Shown here one piece after another: positions 57,455 through 64,000 of a DNA stretch of 64,000 nt. The stretch is from the NCBI GenBank assembly GCA_025356275.1, contig JANXUK010000067.1, positions 4,526 through 68,525 on the forward strand, given 5' to 3'. Below the pieces are notes generated by a model. The model did not search any database, was not told the origin of the DNA, and worked only from the letters and a program-made list of their open reading frames with translations. The position numbers were made by a program, and so were the translations under genes. Source of the DNA: Sphingomonadales bacterium. GTDB lineage: Bacteria > Pseudomonadota > Alphaproteobacteria > Sphingomonadales > Sphingomonadaceae. Numbering within the stretch: position 1 is the first letter of the stretch; the number at the start of each line of letters is the position of its first letter.

Positions 57455-58824
57455 CAGAACGCCTCCCCATAGATGCGCGACAAATCGCCGCCCCATTCGC
57501 CGTGATACTTGTCGAGCAGGCGCTGCGCCGGGACCTTGCCGCTGCGGACGATCTCGGCCAGCGGTTCGAGGAAGCCGGTCTCGTCATCGCCGGCCCCGTT
57601 CAACCGGCGCCGCGACGCGAGGCCAGAGCGCGCGATGGCAAGAACCTCGGCGGCGATGTCGCCCAATTTGCCGCCGGTGGGCAGCGGAGCATCCAGCGCC
57701 AGCTTCGGCACGGCGGAGCGCAAGGCTTCGCGCCCGGCCATGTCCCAGCCTTTGACCAGATCCCACGCCGCGTCCAACGCGCCCTGATCATAGAGCAGCC
57801 CGACCCACAGCGCGGGCAACGCGCAGATTGTCGCGGTCGGCCCACCATCGGCGCCGCGCATCTCCAGAAAGCTTTTCAGCCGCACCTCGGGGAAGGCGGT
57901 CGACATATGGTCCACCCAGTCGGAAGCGCGGGGGCGCTCGCCCGGCAACGCGGGCAGCCGGCCATCGAGAAAATCGCGGAAACTCTGCCCGGCAGCGTCG
58001 ATATATTTGCCGTCGCGGAACACGAAATACATCGGCACATCGAGCATGTAATCGACATAGCGTTCGTACCCGAAGCCATCCTCGAACACGAAGGGCAGCA
58101 TGCCGGTGCGCGCCGGATCGGTGTCCGACCAGATGTGGCTGCGATAGGACAGGAAGCCGTTGGGCTTGCCCTCGGTAAACGGCGAATTGGCAAACAGCGC
58201 GGTGGCCAAAGGTTGCAGCGCGAGGGAAACGCGGAACTTCTTCACCATATCGGCCTCGCTCGCATAATCGAGGTTGGTCTGGATGGTGCAGGTGCGCAGC
58301 ATCATATCCAGGCCCATCGTGCCGACCCGCGGCATATGGCGCAACATGATCGCATAGCGCCCCTTGGGCATCACCGGCAATTCGGCACGGGTCTTGTCGG
58401 GCCACATGCCGAGGCCGAGGAAACCGGTGCCCGTCCCCGCGCCGATCGCCTTGACCTGAGCCACATGGCGGGCCGATTCGGCGCAGGTCTGGTGCAGGTT
58501 TTCGAGCGGTGCGCCCGACAGTTCGAGCTGACCCGCAGGCTCAAGGCTGATCGCGCCGTCGGCGCCCTTCATGGCTATGACATTGCCGTTTTCGGAGACC
58601 GGCTCCCAGCCGTATTCCTGTAGCGACAGCAGCAGGTCGCGGATGCCGCCGGGCTCGTCATAGCTGGGGGCGCGGTGGTCCGATTGGCGATAGACCAGCT
58701 TCTCATGCTCGGTGCCGATGCGCCATGCGGCGGCCGGCTTTTCGCCCGACGCCATCGGCGCCAGCAGAGCCTCGCGGCTCTCGATGATCGGATCTGTGTT
58801 GGCGGTGGCCTCGCGCGTGCTCAT
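57454..58824 (-). CDS. gshA: Glutamate-cysteine ligase
   Basis: IGTEHEK, SLEPAGQLELSG, PKGRY, FPEVRLK..LEMRGAD. Confidence 0.97.
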   Translation of the reverse strand: MSTREATANTDPIIESREALLAPMASGEKPAAAWRIGTEHEKLVYRQSDHRAPSYDEPGGIRDLLLSLQEYGWEPVSENGNVIAMKGADGAISLEPAGQLELSGAPLENLHQTCAESARHVAQVKAIGAGTGTGFLGLGMWPDKTRAELPVMPKGRYAIMLRHMPRVGTMGLDMMLRTCTIQTNLDYASEADMVKKFRVSLALQPLATALFANSPFTEGKPNGFLSYRSHIWSDTDPARTGMLPFVFEDGFGYERYVDYMLDVPMYFVFRDGKYIDAAGQSFRDFLDGRLPALPGERPRASDWVDHMSTAFPEVRLKSFLEMRGADGGPTATICALPALWVGLLYDQGALDAAWDLVKGWDMAGREALRSAVPKLALDAPLPTGGKLGDIAAEVLAIARSGLASRRRLNGAGDDETGFLEPLAEIVRSGKVPAQRLLDKYHGEWGGDLSRIYGEAF

Positions 58825-58863
58825 GGCGTGCCAGTTAGGCGAGGGGCGAGCATGGCGCCAGAG

Positions 58864-59628
58864 CTAAATCGACCAGTCACCCGCCAACCCCATCCACAGC
58901 GCGGTGCCGGCAATCGCCGCCGTCTCGCCGCGCAGGATGCGGGGGCCCAGGGTTATGGGGCGCGCCTCGGGCAGCGCACGGATCGCGGTGCGCTCAGCAT
59001 CGTCAAACCCGCCCTCGGGGCCGGTGAGCAGGGCGGCTGGGCCGGGGTTGGCGGTAAAGGTGGCCGCCGCCGAATCGCCCCCGGCCTCGTCGGCAAAGAA
59101 CAGCGCGCGGGTTCCCGGCCATGTGCGCAACAGCGCCGCCAGCGTCACCGGCTCTGCGATTTGGGGCAGCGCGGTGCGGGCGCATTGCTCCGCCGCCTCG
59201 GTCAGGATGGCGGCGGCACGCGCGAGGTTGAGCCTGTCGGCCACACACCGCCGGGTCAGCACCGGCTGGATCCGCGCGGCGCCCAGTTCGCAGGCCTTTT
59301 CCAGCACGAGATCGAAGCGATCCTTTTTCAGCAGCGCAGCGCAGAGCGTGAAATCGGGCATGGTCTCACGCGGGCGCAGCCGGTGCGTCACCTCCAGCAT
59401 CACCGCGCGCTTGCCCGCCTCGGTGACGCGCGCCGCCCATTCGCCGGTGGCATCATCGCACAGCACCACGCCATCGCCCGGCGCCACCCGCATCACCCGC
59501 GCCAGATAATGCGCCTGAGGCCCCGCGATCTCCACCGCCGCCCCCACGGCCAGCGTCAGGGGCACGAAAAGGCGCGGCGCGCTTTTCGGGGGCCAGGCGG
59601 GAGTGGCGGGGTTGTGGCTTGCAGTCAT
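58864..59628 (-). CDS. rsmE: 16S rRNA m3U1498 methyltransferase
   Basis: HYLARVMR, EKACELG, EAAEQC, GPEGGF, LGPRILRGETA; ATG 59628. Confidence 0.96.
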   Translation of the reverse strand: MTASHNPATPAWPPKSAPRLFVPLTLAVGAAVEIAGPQAHYLARVMRVAPGDGVVLCDDATGEWAARVTEAGKRAVMLEVTHRLRPRETMPDFTLCAALLKKDRFDLVLEKACELGAARIQPVLTRRCVADRLNLARAAAILTEAAEQCARTALPQIAEPVTLAALLRTWPGTRALFFADEAGGDSAAATFTANPGPAALLTGPEGGFDDAERTAIRALPEARPITLGPRILRGETAAIAGTALWMGLAGDWSI

Positions 59629-59700
59629 GGCTGGCCTTGATGCACGCAAACCCGTCGCCAGCCTACTTGTGATTGCGCGCGTCGGCGCTATCCCGGCAGC

Positions 59701-60633
59701 ATGGAACCAACCATCGTCCCCGACAGCCAGCATCGCGGGCTAATCGCGCGCCTGCCCGCGAGGGCACGCGATTATGCGCAGCTGGCGCGGTTTGATCGAC
59801 CGATTGGCTGGTGGCTGCTATATTGGCCCTGTGCGTGGGGAGTGCTGCTGGCCGGGGGGGGGCGGCCGGCGCGCGCGGGGTCGCACTGGAGCCTGCTGGC
59901 GTGGTTGCTGGTGGGGGCGATCGCGATGCGCGGCGCGGGCTGCGTCTATAATGACATCGTGGATGCCGACCTAGACCGGCAAGTCGCCCGCACCGCGGCG
60001 CGCCCCATCGCCAGCGGACGGGTGTCACCGCGCGCGGCCTGGGTGTGGCTGCTGGCGCTGTGCGGCGCCGGGCTGGTGGTGCTGACGCGGCTGCGCTGGC
60101 AGGCGGAGTTGACCGCGCTGGGCAGCCTTGCCTTGGTGGCGGCATATCCGTTTATGAAGCGGATCACCGGCTGGCCGCAGGCGTGGCTGGGGCTGGTGTT
60201 TACCTGGGGCGCGCCGGTGGGGTGGGTTGCGGTGCGCGGCGCCAGCGAGTTTTGGGGATGGGGCGTGCTGGCGGCGCTGTACGGCGGCAGCATCGCGTGG
60301 TGCATCGGATATGACACGATCTACGCCTGTCAGGACCGCGAGGACGATGCCAGCGTTGGCATCGGATCGAGCGCGCTGTCGCTGGGCCGGCATGTGCGCG
60401 GCGGGGTGGCGGGGTTCTATGCGGCGGCTGTAGGCCTGTGGGGCTGGGCGTTGTGGCTGGTCAGGCCTGATCCGCTGGCGCTGCTGGCGCTGGTCCCGCT
60501 GGCGCTGCATCTAGGCTGGCAGGTGGCGACGTTGCGGCCCGATGATGCCGATAACGCGCTGGCGAGGTTTCGCGCGAACCGCTTTGCCGGGCTGCTGATG
60601 GCACTGGCCTGCGGGGTGGTGGGGAGCGCGTGA
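59701..60633 (+). CDS. ubiA: 4-hydroxybenzoate polyprenyltransferase
   Basis: RFDRPIG, NDIVDADLDRQVARTAARP, YDTIYACQDREDD. Confidence 0.97.
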   Translation: MEPTIVPDSQHRGLIARLPARARDYAQLARFDRPIGWWLLYWPCAWGVLLAGGGRPARAGSHWSLLAWLLVGAIAMRGAGCVYNDIVDADLDRQVARTAARPIASGRVSPRAAWVWLLALCGAGLVVLTRLRWQAELTALGSLALVAAYPFMKRITGWPQAWLGLVFTWGAPVGWVAVRGASEFWGWGVLAALYGGSIAWCIGYDTIYACQDREDDASVGIGSSALSLGRHVRGGVAGFYAAAVGLWGWALWLVRPDPLALLALVPLALHLGWQVATLRPDDADNALARFRANRFAGLLMALACGVVGSA

Positions 60634-60654
60634 GCCGCTGATCAGCGTCCGCCG

Positions 60655-60910
60655 TTGCGGTGGCCCCGGATCGGGCCGCTACTTCTGACTGATGTGCGCG
60701 GCAAGCAGCGCGTGGATGATCACCGTGTGTTGAGCGGGATCGTTCATGTCCTTCGCAGCGGTGACCGGTGGACAGATTGTGCTGATGTGTAGGGGCCGAA
60801 GAAGAAGCTGTATAATCGGTTTGTCCGCTGGTCTGAACGTGCAAAAACTTTATGCGCGCCATCAGCCTCGCCGCTGCCGTCATCTGATGCTGTAATGAGT
60901 CCGGACCCTA
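60655..60910 (+). mobile_element. Internally deleted IS5-family (IS427-like) remnant
   Basis: Manual translation WPRIGPLL.TDVRGKQRVDDHRVLSGIVHVLRSGDRWTDC..V*GPKKKLYNRFVRWSER fused to C-terminal NFMRAISLAAAVI*; ends tgagtccggaccc-TA. Confidence 0.8.
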
Positions 60911-61012
60911 ATAAGGTGCGACATCTGCCTTCCAGTAAGCGAATTTGCCGGATACGCTGCTGCGGGAACAAGGCAGCGCGTTTGTGTGACCAGCTGATTA
61001 TCCGGGCCAGCG

Positions 61013-61572
61013 ATGGCTGAGCGTTCTGGAGGGGCATCGCCGCCAAGTGGCTACGATTGTGGGGACCGGGCGACCCCGGTGCGATCGACCGGGTGATGCC
61101 CGTAGTTTACAGCGATCTGCGCCGACTGGCGGCATATTATTTGAACGGCAGCGATGGTGAGCGAACATTGCAACCGACCGCGCTGGTCCACGACGCTTAT
61201 CTGCGGTTCGGCGCGGCCAGGAAATATGATTGGCAGGGGCACGGCCAGCTCATCGCGGTGGTGTCCCGCTTTATGCGGAATATCTTGATCGATAACGCGC
61301 GGGCGCGCCGGGCCGCGAAGCGGAATCCGGCCGAGCTCGAAGCTTCTGAGGCCATCGGTGAAGACCTGCTCGATCTTCTGTCATTGGACGCTGCGCTTCG
61401 GCAACTGGAGAGCCTGCATCCCCGTCGCGCGCGGGTGGTTGAACTGCGTTTCTTCGGCGATCGTGATCTGGCGGAAGTCGCGGCGGTGCTCGAGGTCTCT
61501 TTGAGCAGCGTCGAGCGCGATTGGCGATTTGCCCGTGCATGGCTGCATGATCCTATGAATCCGACGCCGTGA
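61013..61572 (+). CDS. ECF-type sigma factor (TIGR02999-like); 5' end apparently frameshifted, in-frame TTG at 61057
   Basis: VYSDLRRLA, TLQPTALVHDAYL, RARRAAKR, VVELRFFG, VERDWRFARAWL; ATG 61013 is out of frame across a GGGG run. Confidence 0.85.
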
Positions 61573-64000
61573 CCCTGAGCCGTCAGGACAGAATCGAGGC
61601 AATTTTCGATTCGGCGACGGGCATTGACGTGCCTGAACGCGCATCATTCCTGGACCAGGCTTGTGGCGGAGATCTCGCGCTCCGCCGGGAAATCGAGCGA
61701 CTCCTGATGGCGGATGCGGTTACCGGCCAGGTGGACGGCTGGCAACGATCCGCGCTTAACCAGGAAGTTTGCGCGGAGCGAACAACACCTGATCGCCGGA
61801 TAGGCGAAGTGTTGGGCCGCTATCGGCTGACGGCCATCGTCGGCGGCGGCGGCATGGGCCGGGTCTATCGCGCGGTTCGCGCCGATGCGCAGTTTGAAAA
61901 GTCCGTCGCGGTCAAGCTCATCCACTCCCCGCTTGCCAGCGACGACCTTCAGGCGCGGTTTAAGGCGGAACGCCAGATTTTGGCCACGCTGGAACATCCC
62001 AATATCGCGCGTCTGCTTGACGGGGGTTTGACGGATGACGGGCTACCCTATCTGGTCATGGAGTTTGTCGAGGGCGTCCTCCCCGCCGATTATTGTTGTC
62101 AGCACGGGTTGGGCATGCGCGCCAAGCTGGCCTTGTTCCAACAGATCTGTGCCGCAGTCCATTACGCGCATCAGCATATGGTCATTCATCGCGACCTCAA
62201 ACCGGCCAATATTCTGGTCACCGCCGGGGGGGAGCCAAAGCTGCTCGACTTCGGCATCGCCAAGGTTCTGACGCCGCAGACAACCTATGATCCCGCGATT
62301 ACAAGGATGGACAACCGGCTCCTGACGCCCCGCTATGCGAGCCCGGAACAGATTCGTGGCGAGGCCATCACGACAGGCTCCGATGTCTTTGCACTGGGGG
62401 TCTTGGGGCATGAGCTGTTGACGGGCGCGTCGCCGTACCGCTACCTCACGGGCCATCCTCTCGCGCTGTTGAATGAAATCTGCTAGGAGGAGCCGGCACG
62501 GCCAGGTCGGCTGGAACCTGCTCTGCGCGGCGATCTTGACCGCATACTCCTCAAAGCGCTGAGCAACGGCCGAGTGAGCGATACGCCTCCGCCGCCCAGC
62601 TCTCGGATGATATCGGGCGGCACCTTGACGGCCTGCCCGTCGAAGCCCGGGGTCATGGGGTCGGCTACGTCACCGCCAAATTCGTGCGTCGCAACAAGGC
62701 ATTCGCCGCAGCTACGGTGATGATTGCGGTCGTGCTGATCGGCAGTCTGATTATGGTTGACCATGCTCGGCGGGGTGCGGAAACCCGGTTCAGGCAGGTC
62801 CATCGGCTCGCGCATGCGGTAATCTTCGATTATCAGGATGCCATTGCCGGACTGCCCGGCTCGACCCCGGTGCGCGCCAGGCTCGTCCAGGATGCGCTCG
62901 GTTATCTCGAAAAACTGTCGGCGGAAGCCAACACGCCCGATCTCGAGCGCGAAATCGTGGAGGGGTATACCCGCATCAGCAAAGTTCAGGGCGATTCCTA
63001 CGGCTCGAACCTGGGTGACACCGCCGGTTCGCTCGCCAGCATTCATCGGGCGATTGCTGCCTCCCAGCATCTGCTGGGCGCCGACCAGACTCCTGCTTCG
63101 TTGAAAGCGGCTGCGGACGCATTTTCGGTGCAGGCCTCGTTATTTTTCTCCAGCGGAAAGCTCGAAGCCGCAGCAGCCGACTATCGGACCGCGCTGGACC
63201 TGCGCAACCGGGCGGCCAAACCATCGCCCGGAGATATCGAGAATGCCCTCGCTCTTGCGGACATCGACACCCATCTCGGCGACCTCGATGGCGCCACCGG
63301 GTTGCAGAACCTTGGCCGCAGCAGGCAGGCAGCCGTGATGTACGGCCAGGCGGATGCGATCCTCACCAGCTTGCAGCAGCGATTTCCTGCCAATCTTGAG
63401 GTGACCCGCCAGCGGTTCGAAGTGCTGCTCCAGCGGAGCGAGGCGATTGCCAGCCTAGTGGTTCGTTTCCGACATTTGCATCCCTTTCGGCAAAGGCAGA
63501 GGCAAATGTCGGAAACCATAACAACCACTAGATATTATATTGTTTCTAGTGGATTTTTTGATTTTGACATTCGAAAGCACCGCTTTGCCGAAAGCGGGAC
63601 TCGAATGTCAAAATCAATCCACCAGGTCAGCCACAATCTTCACAAATCATGCGTGAGCAGGCTCTGGCTCAGATAGAGCAGATCGTGGCGGTTTCTCCGG
63701 AGGATACGGCGTCGCAGTTTGAGCTGGCGAATACCGAAAATCGCCTGAGTCACAGCCTGATCGATGCGCGGCAGGGAGTGGAGGCCGGACGGCACCTTGC
63801 CCGCATGGTTGCGATCCTCGGCGAGTTGGCCCGTGCCGATCCGAAAAACGCGCTTTACGAACGATCGCTGGGCGTATCGCAGATCGATTGGGGCACGGCG
63901 CTGCGTGTTTCGGGCGACCCCAGCGGCGCCTTGGCGCATGACCGCAAGGCGCTCGACATTGCCGGACACTTGCACGCCGCCGATCCGGCCAACGCCGATT
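61569..64000 (+). pseudogene. Ser/Thr protein kinase with TM and TPR region; three lesions; runs off window end
   Basis: GGGGMGRVY, VAVK, HPNIA, HRDLKPAN, DFG, TPRYASPEQ; TAG at 62484, -1 frameshift near 62562, MITE insertion at 63455. Confidence 0.88.
63455..63625 (+). mobile_element. CTAG-bounded MITE-like element, copy 5, intragenic
   Basis: CTAGTGGttcgtttccgac...atcaatccaCCAG inside kinase TPR region. Confidence 0.9.

Noticed and set aside
62484-62486. TAG in the kinase as programmed recoding (pyrrolysine or readthrough)
   Set aside because: The same gene has an independent frameshift and an insertion, and there are no pyl genes; simple decay is more parsimonious
22486-63625. Repeated ~170-bp units as a CRISPR array
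   Set aside because: Copies are kilobases apart, internally palindromic, have no unique spacers, and there are no cas genes
62684-63676. ORF reading through MITE copy 5 as an in-frame protein-coding insertion (RPE-like)
   Set aside because: The insert is 167 bp (not a multiple of 3), so the downstream TPR frame is lost and a stop follows

Overview
GC-rich alphaproteobacterial chromosome segment. Gene order and protein families suggest Sphingomonadaceae, probably Novosphingobium-like (inference). It is mostly housekeeping genes: pyrC, ygfZ, rplU-rpmA, moaADE, folB, thrC, an aa3-type cytochrome c oxidase operon, pyrE-pdxJ-acpS-lepB, ruvX, yfgM-bamB, gshA, rsmE and ubiA. Accessory blocks are a tripartite RND efflux cassette, an imuA relic, a complete NasST-controlled nitrate/nitrite assimilation cluster, a probable PhoB-controlled phosphoesterase/TonB receptor pair, a decayed diheme cytochrome c, and an IS5-bordered decayed ECF-sigma/Ser-Thr-kinase module. 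I found no rRNA, tRNA or CRISPR array. Two signals stand out. (1) A ~170-bp double-hairpin element bounded by CTAG occurs five times, mostly at TAG stop codons and stacked with other TA-flanked palindromes. One copy interrupts a kinase gene whose reading frame is exactly restored by removing it with one CTAG. (2) Two paralogous nas promoter plus dual-ANTAR-hairpin leaders are present. One fires directly into the antisense strand of a PP2C-kinase fusion gene before reaching narK, an excludon-like layout. All calls come from reading the sequence; no database searches were run.
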